Assembly: GCA_002256025.1 (NCBI GenBank)
Contig: NKIB01014732.1
Span: 1-41,097, forward strand
Reading direction: 5' to 3'
Length of the DNA stretch: 41,097 bases
Source of the DNA: Asterionella formosa
Taxonomy: Eukaryota
This document shows positions 1 through 11,423 of this stretch, piece by piece. The notes below the pieces were generated by a model, which made no database searches, was not told the origin of the DNA, and saw only the letters and a list, made by a program, of their open reading frames with translations. Both the position numbers and the translations under genes were made by a program. Numbering within the stretch: position 1 is the stretch's first letter; every line of letters starts with the position of its first letter.

Positions 1-1004
1 TTTTTTTTCAGAACACACCATTTTGTCTGAAGAAGACCAAATGCCATTTCTATTCTTATCCTTAGCTGTGAAAGGAAAAAGTTAAATGTATCCTGTGTTG
101 GATCATCACGTTGTGAGCCAACAAAGGGAACAAGCATTACATCAGACAATGTGTAAGCTGCATCGCCGACCAGATAAAAACCTGTGTTGAATGCTGCAAC
201 TTGATCGAAAATGGAAGTTTTTTCAAAAGCTACTTGGTCACTGCATTTTCCCGGTGCAATTACACCAAAATAAATAAATCTTGAGTCAGCATCACAAACA
301 GCCTGGACATTGATTCCATAAGTCATGTAGTGACCGGAAAAAAATGAACCAGGGTTGTTGCCACTTTCAACTATAGTCGGGCGGTTGATGGTGGCAAGGA
401 AGCCGTCAATAGCACCAACACATCCTCTCATCACGCCCTCTGAGCTTTTGCATTCAAAGCTGGAAGCCAATTTGATAAATTCTTCTTTTTCTTTTGGAAA
501 AATAATTTCGAGTTCTTCACAGTTTAGTACAGCATCAATGAACAAATCACGACATCGATAAAGTGAAGCAATGCTACAACCGTAGGCATGACGAATGTCG
601 ATGTAACTGCCACCAGCCAGCCATCGCAAACCAATGGCTACCACAATTTCGGGAATTATGGGCTCAGAAGTGCCACATTTGGAATAATTCCCTGCAATCT
701 GAATTTCCAGCATGGAGGTGAGTTTTTTGAATGCTCTGTGTGACATTCTGTATGTCTTCTCGAAAGCAATCTCGTGATTGAGTTTCTCGACATGTGATTG
801 CCAGGAGATTCTTTCGTGGTGCCACTTGTGCCTTCGTTGTCGTCGTCGTTCAGATGACTGAAGCTGCCGTTTACAGCGTCGCCTTTGTCGTTTGGATGAG
901 TGTTCTTTTTCCTCTGCTTCCTTAGTTAAATGACAGAGGAAGAAGAAATCAAGATCACTACTGTCATCGTCATTATCATCAAGTAAATCAAATGGCGACG
1001 ACAT
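1..1004 (-). CDS. PIF/Harbinger-type DDE transposase (DDE_Tnp_4/HARBI1-like), 3' end beyond window
   Basis: Manual translation from ATG at 1004 is open to the window edge (~334 codons): MSSPFDLLDD...FEKTYRMS...LRWLAGGSYIDI...GCVGAIDG...FFSGHYMTYGINVQAVCD...PGKCSD...YLVGDAAY...FNFFLSQLRIRIEMAFGLLQTKW. All three D/D/E motifs are present. It is absent from the ORF track because there is no stop in the window. Confidence 0.93.
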   Translation of the reverse strand, partial: MSSPFDLLDDNDDDSSDLDFFFLCHLTKEAEEKEHSSKRQRRRCKRQLQSSERRRQRRHKWHHERISWQSHVEKLNHEIAFEKTYRMSHRAFKKLTSMLEIQIAGNYSKCGTSEPIIPEIVVAIGLRWLAGGSYIDIRHAYGCSIASLYRCRDLFIDAVLNCEELEIIFPKEKEEFIKLASSFECKSSEGVMRGCVGAIDGFLATINRPTIVESGNNPGSFFSGHYMTYGINVQAVCDADSRFIYFGVIAPGKCSDQVAFEKTSIFDQVAAFNTGFYLVGDAAYTLSDVMLVPFVGSQRDDPTQDTFNFFLSQLRIRIEMAFGLLQTKWCVLKK

Positions 1005-1298
1005 GATTCATGCAAATGTGTGTTTTTAATATTATATTTAGTTTCCCGGTAATTATATTTTGTTGTTGCTTGATATCAAGACCATCATTATATTCTGGAG
1101 GGATATACACATGATCTTCGCCAGCCTGTTGCCGTTGAAGATTCATTTTACTCCATGATACAATGTGATCACAAATTAGTGATACAGTGACACTTTTGGA
1201 ATGAATGAAATTCAGTTCAAATCGAGTTACCGTTGCTGATACATTTTCAAAAAAATTCAAATTCCGTGATACACGAAAAAAAATGATAAGAACGACCC
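1..1298 (-). mobile_element. PIF/Harbinger DNA transposon (one end in window)
   Basis: Transposase ORF plus a candidate terminus reading GGGTCGTTCTTATC on the minus strand from 1298, abutting TTA (1299-1301), the typical Harbinger target-site duplication. The other terminus is not visible. Confidence 0.7.
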
Positions 1299-1517
1299 TT
1301 ACATACGGTACATAGTCTACTGTATCACCACTGAAAATTATTTGTGTCTATTTACCGGTATTCAAGCAAAAAAGAATACCATAGGACGGCATAATCATAA
1401 TTTTCTACATGAAGAATCATGCACCGGTCGTAAACTGGTTGGTATCTATATCGACCCAACTGATACAACAACAGAATACTCCAGAGTCCAGAGTATGATT
1501 CATCACCACCCCCCGTG

Positions 1518-2585
1518 ATGTTTGTGCTGAGAAATGTCCGGCGGCGACTGGTACCGGTATCTTCACCCTTTTCATTTCACTATACTAATCGGAAGCTCAC
1601 GCCATCAGTTAGAATTTCGTTCCACTCTCGTTCAAGTTCCACCAAACTTCCACAATCAATCATCGTTGGGAGCTGCTCACATCAAACCGAGAACCTATCC
1701 TACTGGGACAGGTTTGTGCGCCTAAAGCCAGACCTTGTGATTCTTGGAGGCGATAATGTGTATGGAGGCAAAAACTTAGATACCCTCCAACATGCATACA
1801 AAGAGCTGAAGGACAACGCCAGCTTTCAAAATGCACTCAAGGCACAATTTCATATCCTTGCTACTCTCGATGACAATGACTATGGAAATTCAGGTGACGC
1901 CTGCGAATCTAACCCGAACAAAGAAGAGGCAAAAAACATGTTTCTTGAATTTTTTCATGTACCCAGAAACGACCCTCGTTGGTGTAGAAATCGAGGAGCG
2001 TACACTAGCTATCAATGGGAGACAAGGCTTCAAATTATCCTACTAGACCTTCGTTACAACATGTCACCCTTTCTTGTCACAGGTGACCCTAATTCATCAG
2101 CACAATATGTTCCAGATTATGCAGATAAGTCCAAAACCATATTAGGAATAGAACAATGGTCATGGCTAGAGCAGGAACTGGAAAAACCAACTCAGGTACG
2201 TTTGGTGGTGAGTCCACTTCAAGTCTTGGCCGATGGTCACGGATTCGAATGTTGGGGGATGCTACCTTATGAACGTGATAGACTTCTGAACTTGTTGCAT
2301 CAGTCGAAAGGGACGACCATCATTGTATCAGGAGACCGACATGCCAGTGCACTGTATCGGCAAGCTGATTTGGTTGAAGTGACATCGTCGTCACTGACGC
2401 ACACCATTGGAAGTGGCATGTTGGACAATGAAACAGACTCGTGGAGGGTTGGAGATTTTATTTACTCAAATAATTTTGGTATGATTCAATTCGACTGGGA
2501 TGAAAAAATTGTCATGATTGCGATCCATGATGCATTAACTGGCTTGGTGGTAGAAAATTGGAGCTTTCCAATGAAACAGCAATAA
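1518..2585 (+). CDS. phoD: PhoD-like alkaline phosphatase/phosphodiesterase with Arg/Ser-rich N-terminal presequence
   Basis: Motifs GSC, GGDNVY, LDDNDYG, LDLRY, ILGIEQWSWL, ECW, SGDRH and EVTSS match the PhoD metallophosphatase pattern. Single exon; ATG at 1518. Confidence 0.88.
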   Translation: MFVLRNVRRRLVPVSSPFSFHYTNRKLTPSVRISFHSRSSSTKLPQSIIVGSCSHQTENLSYWDRFVRLKPDLVILGGDNVYGGKNLDTLQHAYKELKDNASFQNALKAQFHILATLDDNDYGNSGDACESNPNKEEAKNMFLEFFHVPRNDPRWCRNRGAYTSYQWETRLQIILLDLRYNMSPFLVTGDPNSSAQYVPDYADKSKTILGIEQWSWLEQELEKPTQVRLVVSPLQVLADGHGFECWGMLPYERDRLLNLLHQSKGTTIIVSGDRHASALYRQADLVEVTSSSLTHTIGSGMLDNETDSWRVGDFIYSNNFGMIQFDWDEKIVMIAIHDALTGLVVENWSFPMKQQ

Positions 2586-3398
2586 CAAATCCAACTCTAC
2601 GGTGATGTTGGTATGATATGATTGGAATCTTTCTTTGTGTCGCAATGGAAGAATTTGGGTTTTTCCTTCCACAATGCGACAAACTGACTTGACTTGAACT
2701 GGTTCTCCTGCATAATCCAGCATTCCAGGCTTTGACAAGGCAGGACTGATTCAAATGCTTACAAGAAGCTCTCAATGTTTCGCAGCACCTTCTCCTTAAC
2801 GTCTGGATCATCAGTGATGCCTAAAGAAATAAATAATGACCATTTCATCGCTCTATGATGAAATCTCTAAAGCTTCTGTATCCAAGACGAATCATTCCGG
2901 TTACAGAAGACTTCCTGGGACTGAAGTACCATTGCCTATTCAACTGCAGCGTGCTATGGAGGAGTCCTGGGGATCAGTTTACATAGCCTTAACCAACTAG
3001 CTGCATTTGTACATTGTCCGTAGGTCTATCTAATACAGCTTTTTCCGAGTGCTAATACCAATCGCCATTTATCCAGGCATTTGTAGGCAAGAGGAACGGA
3101 AAATAGCAAATACGACGTCAACACTGCACTATAAGTCCTAATGAGAGACGCTTGCACGACTTACTATTTTTAAGTCAAACTATGTAAAAAAGTAAATATA
3201 GAAGCGAGGAAAGAACTGTTTCTTTTGGAAAAACGACACAAAAAGAAATTCCAGATGAAATCGAAATCGTATTCTCGACAATCGAACAGGAGGAGAGGGA
3301 CAAAGATGTAAGTTTGGACTTAATTGTGGTTTTGTTCAATCCCAAGAGGTAAGAAATGCAATTTTCCCAGCAGTCCGAGTGGCAACCACCCTTTCGAC

Positions 3399-3998
3399 TC
3401 AGTTATTATTGGAAACACAGCAGCAAGAGTGTTTCTCACGTTTAGTATAAGTTTCCTTGCTCATGGTTTTGGAAACTTTGAGCTCATAAAGTAAAATGAT
3501 TTGAGGATATACAATAAAGCTCCTTATGAGTATCATCGCAAAATTGAAGTCAGGAATGGGCATTTCTTGATCCTTTTGGAAGAAAACAATGGAAAAGACA
3601 CCGTACATCATCCAGACGACATTAATCAACACGAGCGAAAAACTGAACATGAGTGCTCCTACCAGGGCAGAAACAGCGCAGCAAATGCCAACCACAGCGT
3701 ATGTGATCGCATCCGAAGGTGGGGGTGGCATGTCGTCAAGGATCTCCCTAACTTCATCATCTGGGATCAAGTTTTTGAAAGCATCCGATCGTATGAATGC
3801 TATCACAGCCATGAAATGCGATACGCAAACAATAGCTATAAAGTTGAGAACAATGGTTGCTCTACGCACATCGCAGCAGAAACCACAAAACACATGACCT
3901 AGCTTGGGGCGACTGTAAAAGGAAAGGCTGTCTTTATCATCGTCGGCCTCGATGCCTATCAGATTCCCATAGGAAGAGCCGTTCAATTTTATGGTCAT
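3399..3998 (-). CDS. Multi-pass (~4 TM) membrane protein with Cys clusters at both ends, function unknown
   Basis: 199 aa with hydrophobic segments, N-terminal GHVFCGFCCDVRRA and C-terminal REKHSCCCV. Resembles a family I recall from diatoms (not verified). Confidence 0.75.
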   Translation of the reverse strand: MTIKLNGSSYGNLIGIEADDDKDSLSFYSRPKLGHVFCGFCCDVRRATIVLNFIAIVCVSHFMAVIAFIRSDAFKNLIPDDEVREILDDMPPPPSDAITYAVVGICCAVSALVGALMFSFSLVLINVVWMMYGVFSIVFFQKDQEMPIPDFNFAMILIRSFIVYPQIILLYELKVSKTMSKETYTKREKHSCCCVSNNN

Positions 3999-4525
3999 GG
4001 TTGTTAAAGTAAAAGTGATTTCAAGAGGTATTTCTTTTTACCTTTTGCTTCTAGCATACAATGTTGAATTCTTGGTTTGTTGTGAGTATAATTACCGGTA
4101 CCAGGTGCTTCGTTGAAGCAATGATGTATACAGAGTACGATTTTCATCATTCGCATGGTGATATGAAGACTCCTGTGTACCGTTAACGGTTATTCTCCAA
4201 TTGCATATATTTTCAGATACTTCGTATGTTTAGAAGTTTTGATAAGGCAAAAATTGATTCGTGCGGGGTCAATCCAAAAGCTGAGCGAACAAGAAGGACA
4301 AGACGCACAGCAGTGCGAAGCCGGAAACCAGAGACCTGCAGGTAATAGGAAATTTAGCTCTGTTCTCCTTATAGTAGACCGTCTTCTAGGGCAACTTCAC
4401 TACCGGTAGAGGGGGGGGGACATGAGGTTTTCCTCGTGTTCCTTCGACGTATGGACTGAGTAAAATAATATCTATGGTTGAAACAGACAAGTCAAATGAA
4501 TCTTGTTTTTATTTCCAAAATCAGC

Positions 4526-5296
4526 CCAGTCATGATCTTTTGACTCCAGTCATGATCTTTTGACTCTAGTCATGAACATGAATCAATCTTTACTCATATA
4601 TGAATCAATCTTTGAGTCTTGTCGAGATCATAAGTCAACTTCCTTATATATGACTTAATTTTGTTTGGTTGGTTTGCTAAAAGTTAATTCTATAAGCTCA
4701 CTTTATTTGGAAACACCAAAAGAGTCAAATTCATCTACCAACATTCTCCTAAATTCACCATGATCCTTTGATCCACTGTCTAGCACCTAAATTGCTACAT
4801 ATATATATATATATATATACTACAAATTAATTAGTCCAACTTGTAGAAAAAATGTGCCATTGGTGATTTCAGTTTTTGTTTTCAATATCAGCAGAGTTAT
4901 TACAATCATTCTTTTGTTGTTGTTTTGTTGTCTTTGCTTGTTGTGCTTAATATATTATTTAATAGGAAAGCGTCACTCTCAATTTTCGACATGGTCAACA
5001 AGGCTGAGACATCAAGATGCAGGATGCTCCAGATAACATAATAGGAAAGTGTCATTTTCAATTTCCGTCATAGTCAACAAGGCTGAGACATCAAGATGCA
5101 GGATGCTCCAGATTATCACAAAACAGCACTGTAGCACTTTGCATAGACATTAAAATTGCAGAATCTCAGCTGAATAATAATATACCATGTAGCGCTTACA
5201 AGGGCTACAACTACACTGCAGCATTTTGTATCGACAAAAGAATCACAGTATCTCAGCTAGAAAATAATTTACCATGTAGCACTTTTGAGGGCTACC
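4526..5296. repeat. Patchwork of short tandem duplications and (AT)n
   Basis: 20-bp unit CCAGTCATGATCTTTTGACT x2.5 (4526-4576); (AT)n at 4799-4819; ~79-bp duplication (4960-5038 / 5039-5113) sharing AGGCTGAGACATCAAGATGCAGGATGCTCCAGAT; diverged ~87-bp duplication (5130-5208 / 5217-5296). Confidence 0.8.
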
Positions 5297-5516
5297 TCCA
5301 TTACCTAGCACCTGGTACATGGTAGCCTTACTTTTTTCCCTTATGTACCTATTCCTGGTAGTTGAACAAGGATGGTAAAATTGGAGTTCCTCATGGCACA
5401 CTTGTATAACACTGCTGCAGACCTTGCCAGTATTGTTTGTGTGTTCGTTTTAGAGGAGTCTGGTACATTGTAATAGGAAATGATCACAACGGACCTTGCC
5501 CATAGTATTTAATTAA

Positions 5517-6671
5517 GCTTGCGGCCCCGGCTTAACCCAAGTTTGGAGAAAATATCGCTAGGGTTGTAAAAACGGCGTGAAACAGGGAGTTTCCAACTAT
5601 GAATTCCCATGATTCGAGTGTCCATTTGAATATTTGAATAAAATAGGAATCGGCGCCAGATTGACAGAGTTCCATTTCAAGCAAACTAAAATGATTTTTA
5701 AATGTCAATACAATATTTTCATTACTGAATGTAGACATGATTCTGCTTAACGACAAACACATATATAAAGGAGGAGTACGCTGACATGTACGCTCATGGT
5801 TCGTGTAGAAACGTTATATTGAATCTACGCTGCTGTGTGTAGGTTTAATAAAAGTCAGTACGGTACCAAGTACCGAAGTCCCATAGTACCAGTGTACAGA
5901 CCAGATAGTCCATAATCTCGGTTCATGACGTTTGAAGACAGGGTGAAACTAGAACCGGTGTAACGGTACTGATTTTGCCTGCTGGCATGGTACGTCTAAT
6001 GCATATGGTTCAAGTGTGGCTGGCGTGATTTTACAAGACCGGAGTACTTCAGCCAATCTGGAGCAGGTAAGTAAATTCAATTCAACCAATCAGAATATGT
6101 GTAATGACGCGGCTACGTACCCTGGAGTCTTTTGGGACTGAGAGTTAAGCAGCAAAACATACCTACGCAAGACTCTAAGTCTACGAGAACGTTTTGCACA
6201 TACAAATTCCGATTCCAATATTTTGGCGACCGTTGAACAACCCGATCGGGTCGACTTTTTGGAGGAGGATTGCTCTACATCTGCGGGGTTTCATCAAGAT
6301 TAAAGTAGATAGCCGTGTACCCTATAACGTCAGGAGTTAACTTCTGGAGAGAAACTGCAGTCGTAGATTTTTAGAAAAGCTTTGTAGCCCCTTTTTCTTG
6401 TTGACTATTTTTGCAATAGTTACGATTCTACGATACATAACTGCAGTTTCTCTCCAGAAATGAGGTCCTTGCCATATCCGAAGATAGAACATACCCCTAA
6501 GTCGACCCATGAGTGTATCTACTAATCATGTGCAAAGTGGTTGTCTTGGTGAAAGCTAATTTTACCTTTAGCTATTCTATGCACTTGTACGTAATGTGTG
6601 GATGAAGGTACATCAGAGAATTATTCTGGGAAGAAACGGACCTCGCAATGTGTGACTGCGGGGCCGCAACC
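5517..6671. mobile_element. Non-autonomous TIR element with TAA target-site duplication (Harbinger/Tourist-like)
   Basis: GCTTGCGGCCCCG (5517-5529) and CGGGGCCGCAACC (6659-6671) are 12/13 inverted repeats, each flanked by TAA (5514-5516, 6672-6674). No long ORF inside. Confidence 0.65.
6336..6459. other. Conserved hairpin, copy 1
   Basis: Perfect 20-bp inverted repeat TTCTGGAGAGAAACTGCAGT (6342-6361) / ACTGCAGTTTCTCTCCAGAA (6440-6459). Homologous to 22955-23089. Confidence 0.8.
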
Positions 6672-8306
6672 TAAATTAATTATAGGCTGGTACTCTACAT
6701 AGCATCATCATCATTATCATTCTTGTGCCCAATAATTAAATCATGCCGAAATCAAGGAAAACCGCTATGATGAAGGTTGCCTCTGCATGGACAGTTGGAT
6801 GTGGATGTAACTCTTTCTGATCTTCAACTTCTCACACCTCTTTCTTCTTTCTTACTTACAGTTTCTCATGAAAGAAAATTCAAGATTCAATGAAGAATTG
6901 AGGTCGCTGTCAAGGTTGTTTTGCCGGCGCTTTTCTTGGTATGATGTTGATTGTTATTTAATTTCTGCCTTGCCTTTTGTTCATTGCAATCACTCACACA
7001 AGTTGTCTAGCTTTTTTATCAGAAACTAAGAGCTTTTTGACAGCTCCAATATAAAATAAGGTAAGTACCAAGATGAGTGGTCTGTGCGCTTTGCCATTGT
7101 TATCGATTTCGCAACTTTAACATAGTTATCTCTATACTTGTACTTGCAGGAATCAATGCTTCTCATACAACAATCATCCATGACCACAGATAGTAGTGAA
7201 ACAGCAGCTAATGCTTTGCTTCAAGACAATGTTGTCTTATAATGATTGAAGGTTGCCAACGCAAACAAGCAGAGCAGTGATTCTAAATCAGCATTCTATT
7301 CAACTATTTTTGCAACTACTATTGGTTGCAATAGCTAGTCAAAAAATGGAAATATTGTTTGAATAGATATGACCACAACAACATTAATATTGCAATACCA
7401 TAGCCATTTTGCTTTTATTTTTCATAGAAATTATATTTGATTGCTGCGAACAATAATTGTGGTCGTTGATATAGAAAGTATATGATCAGGCATACAAAAA
7501 TATTGTAAGTTCACCCCAAAATTTTTGTCGGTTTTTCAAGAAGCAAATTTATGGAAGTTGTGGACACTATTTTAGTTCACCCCTATCATAGATATTCTAT
7601 GATGCATCACATTTTATATTTGATGTCATACCATTAAATTATGCATGCACATAGCCCAATTAACCATAGTGGCCTACCCAAATTTTTAATTTGGATGAAC
7701 ACATTTGACTAGCTTTTCTTCTGGTGGTTGTACCAAAAAATCGGTGATGTAGATGTAATATTTTTCTATCTACCAGGTTTGGCCAAGTGAACACTGTTGC
7801 TGTTGTCAAAATGGTACTCTGGTGGACAACTGAACAATGATTTTACTATCACCAAAAAAACAATGTGGTCTCCCTACCAGATCTGTCAATCCTTGCTTAA
7901 AGTAGCTCCAACCATCATCTCAATCACCTACCGGTACACCACATCATAACCCATATTACATCTATATCTGAATGTAGCATCCCACAAACCAGTGAGAGAA
8001 TCATAGAAGATCTAACCACACCTTAAATCGGAAGCTGACATGGATAGATTGCAAAGCTTATCTTCCACCACAGCGCCACACAAATGCCACAACTGCCGAT
8101 CTTTCGAAGGAATCTTACCATTTCGAAATTTAAAAAAGAGAACCCGGAAATCCCATATTCTCACAATATGATGATTATATTTTTTGTCAGAGCGTTGTCA
8201 ATTATGATGTGAGTAGCAATCAACAACGAGAAAACGGTTCCCTGCTCTCATAAAGTCCAGTGTCTACACCGGCATCAAACTAGCGGCAGACTAGGTCTAG
8301 GTAACA

Positions 8307-9263
8307 ATGACAGACCAAGACGTGGTCGAATTCTTTGGGCCCTTGTTGTTGGAGCGAAAGATGGACAATGTCAACATTAAATTGGGTCGTGCCATGATGT
8401 TGCAGCAACTCGCAGCTGACAGCGACGATGATGATGTTACTATTCCCACTACGTTTCACTTCATTTGGTTGGGTGTTAACGAGATGCCATTCAAGGAAGC
8501 AGCAGAATCGTCGAATTGGAATGAACCCATGATATCATGGAAGGTACAACATGAGGAATTCAATATTACACTTTGGACTGACAGTGACGACGCCATGTAC
8601 AAGCAATGGTACAATAAGCGAGCCTTTTTGTACGCGATGGATCATGGCATGTATGGCATGGCATCTGATATAATGAGATTGGAGATTCTATTTAAGATCG
8701 GCGGTGTCTATGTGGACATTGATTACTATTGCATCGACTCAATATGGGATCTATTGCGAGGCAAGGACTTTGTGTGTGGAGCTAGCAATACTGGATGCAT
8801 AGAACTCAACAATGGATTCATGGCGGCGATTTCAGGGCATGGAGTCGTGAAAGAAATGATGGAGAGCATCCATGGCTGGTTTGACTTGTACGAGGCTCAA
8901 TCGCAGCAAATGGCCTTGACAAAATCGTTTTTGGATGCAACGACGGCAGCCGCTTTAGATCAAGCATGGCAACTTTCTCATAATGATATCATCGACCAAA
9001 CTGGACCAGGATTATTAACACGAACCATTTCTAGCGTATTGCTGACTGGTGAGGCCACATGCACCAACACACGTCGAATCGCCATCCTCCATCATAAAGT
9101 ATTGCACCCAGTACCCAACTCGGTTCGGGGAGCCGCGGCTAAGTTAGCAATGGATGCATATATTGTACCAGGTATGACTAAGGCCATTCACTTATGGGGA
9201 TGCAGTTGGCAAAATAATCACGAGGAATCAAGAGGTGAAAAGGAACGAGCCAATATACTATAG
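8307..9263 (+). CDS. Glycosyltransferase family 32-like (DXD sugar-binding; OCH1/SUR1-like)
   Basis: IPTTFHFIWLG, SW...LWTD, ASDIMRLEILFKIGGVYVDID, LNNGFMA, TGPGLLT and AIHLWGCSW are the standard GT32 motif series. Confidence 0.88.
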   Translation: MTDQDVVEFFGPLLLERKMDNVNIKLGRAMMLQQLAADSDDDDVTIPTTFHFIWLGVNEMPFKEAAESSNWNEPMISWKVQHEEFNITLWTDSDDAMYKQWYNKRAFLYAMDHGMYGMASDIMRLEILFKIGGVYVDIDYYCIDSIWDLLRGKDFVCGASNTGCIELNNGFMAAISGHGVVKEMMESIHGWFDLYEAQSQQMALTKSFLDATTAAALDQAWQLSHNDIIDQTGPGLLTRTISSVLLTGEATCTNTRRIAILHHKVLHPVPNSVRGAAAKLAMDAYIVPGMTKAIHLWGCSWQNNHEESRGEKERANIL

Positions 9264-9499
9264 GACGACAAATAGGCACGATTTTTAAAATCGCACTGAC
9301 TTCATCGAACCGTTAGAAGCTCTCTACAGGAATTTCCAGGCGATCATAGTTGTCCAAGGTTATCAGAATTGTACGACAGACTAGCGTTTACACGACTATA
9401 CGAAGGACAGCCTGTTCATTGTTTAGGCCCTAATTGTTGAGTAGCGCTAAAGTGTCAACAGGAGTATTTCAGTCGTTGCACCATCCTGGCCTTGATGAC

Positions 9500-10453
9500 T
9501 TATTCGTTGTCAGCGAAATAACTGTGCCCTTGCTCTTCATACAACTGCTCTGCGTAGTAATATATCTCCATGTCCAGTTTATTAATCTCGAGTAGTCTCT
9601 TCCATTCAGGAGAATCATGTTCCACATGAGGATGTTTGTGCTGATTCGAACCATGACTGACCAAACGATTTATACAGTAGTCCCAATCGCGGTGTTCAGT
9701 CCACCCAAAGGACATGCCAAAGCGTTGCAACGAATCCTTCATTTTTTTATCAAATCCAATAATCATTTTGGAGAGAACGGCCTTGGCTTCCTCCAGATCG
9801 TCTGCAGTTACATATGACTTTCCCACAAGGAATCCTACCATCCAATTTCGCTCGGCGAAATCAGACTGAGCGAATGCCATTATGGTCATGTTTGCCCATT
9901 CTGGATGGTAGTACTGCTTTTCCCAGTAAGCGTCCTGCAAATAGTAAAACAAGCTCACCGCTCTAGCGACAGGGTGTCTCAACAAGGTGAAGAGAGCTGC
10001 AGGGTGGTCTGGGGTAAATAACGCCGTCGTGGATTCGTGTAAATATGAGGTGAAGACAACGTCTGCAGGTTGGACGTTTGCAAACCCCAATTGCTGAGCG
10101 TGTAGAATACCTGGTATTGTTGTCGTGTCGACGTTGACATAGTTTCTTCCGTCTACATGTACTGTTTCGAGCTCTGTGTCGTCGTCATGGCCACCTAGAA
10201 TGCCAACTTCAGCCGCGACGATGTAATGTAGGCAATCTGCCACCAGATCATGCACCGTGGTACCTCCAGCCTTGGGTACGTGCCAAAATACAGGCGTAGC
10301 CTTTCTCCTGCCATGGTCGTTGATTTCAGCCACATTGGAGATGGCAGCAAGACGCCGCCGCGAGGAACGGCTTCTTGGCAAACGTGAAACATCCGTCGAA
10401 CATGCCCTTGAAAGAAGGAGCGCGACGTATACTAGACCTTGTCGCAACTTCAT
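9500..10453 (-). CDS. Golgi-type sulfotransferase ST1 (canonical PAPS loop, intronless)
   Basis: 5'-PSB FWHVPKAGGTT; 3'-PB TLLRHPVARAVSLFYY; C-terminal NKLDMEIY. Signal/anchor MKLRQGLVYVALLLS starts at 10453; an in-frame upstream ATG is also possible. Confidence 0.88.
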   Translation of the reverse strand: MKLRQGLVYVALLLSRACSTDVSRLPRSRSSRRRLAAISNVAEINDHGRRKATPVFWHVPKAGGTTVHDLVADCLHYIVAAEVGILGGHDDDTELETVHVDGRNYVNVDTTTIPGILHAQQLGFANVQPADVVFTSYLHESTTALFTPDHPAALFTLLRHPVARAVSLFYYLQDAYWEKQYYHPEWANMTIMAFAQSDFAERNWMVGFLVGKSYVTADDLEEAKAVLSKMIIGFDKKMKDSLQRFGMSFGWTEHRDWDYCINRLVSHGSNQHKHPHVEHDSPEWKRLLEINKLDMEIYYYAEQLYEEQGHSYFADNE

Positions 10454-11423
10454 GTTCACTCTTTTTCCCCTCGTGGGAGTCTCGATTACCGGTAGGAGGA
10501 TGTATTGCGCTTGATGGTTCCCATGTCGAAACTGGGTGGAATCGTCCGGGTCGAAAGTCATCAGCCTCAAAAACATCAATGAAGCAAGAACAGATCGATA
10601 TTCCGGTGGGTGGCTCGGACAATTTGCTACCAAATGTATCTACCGGTAGCTGTAGTTCCTTGTACCTGGTACCAGGTATCAGGTAGGAGAAGACATAACA
10701 ACAGTCCTTATTATGTATGTGTAGGTACCGGTATATCATGCATGCCCTATGTATGTGTATGATGCAGAAGTAGCCACACGTCATTTACACAGGTACATTG
10801 TGTAGTAGAACAACATGAGCAATACTTTGGTTTTACCGGTACCAGGTACATAGTATCGTGGTACCACCAGTTTTAGGTGCTGGGTATTCGAGTTCACGGC
10901 GATACATAGTTATAGTTTTAAATTCCGTACCTGGTACCAGGTACCACATCAAAGCACCAAATCATTCTACTGGGAGTAAAAGGCACCAGGTATAAGGTGT
11001 GGGTACCGGTAAGTATTTAGTCACCCATAGACTCAATTGCTCATATAGATGCATGTACCTGTACATTCTTTTGTATGGTGTACGCATAATGTAATATGGT
11101 ACCAGGTAGCGATAAATACACATAGGTTCCACGAAGATTCCGGTAATCATCCAGTAGCTATATTTGTCAACAGCGACGACGAAAGCTTTTTTGCGTTCGG
11201 ACATCACCGACTGGTCACTTGGGCAATTTGACAGAACAACGAACACGGTTTCGGTAGAATCCTGCAGAGAGGGAGACATAGGTTTGCAGAGCGGCCATAT
11301 TATCCCATCATGACGGTCGTAATTTTTCCTGACAAATCTACCGGAATATGCACCAACAGTTATCCTGTGCTTTCCAAATCTCCTTGCTGGCTCATTGTAT
11401 AACACTGTGTTATTCTTACCATC

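Noticed and set aside
355..1260. ORFs 355-561 and 988-1260
   Set aside because: The first is antisense to the transposase; the second lies in the transposon's 5' region and has no motifs.
4526..5296. CRISPR-like array
   Set aside because: The repeats are adjacent tandem duplications without unique spacers, in a eukaryotic context with no cas genes.
6743..7240. Possible multi-intron small gene (ATG at 6743; several GT/AG and pyrimidine tracts)
   Set aside because: I could not assemble a stop-free, recognisable product. It may be a decayed gene or TE fragment.
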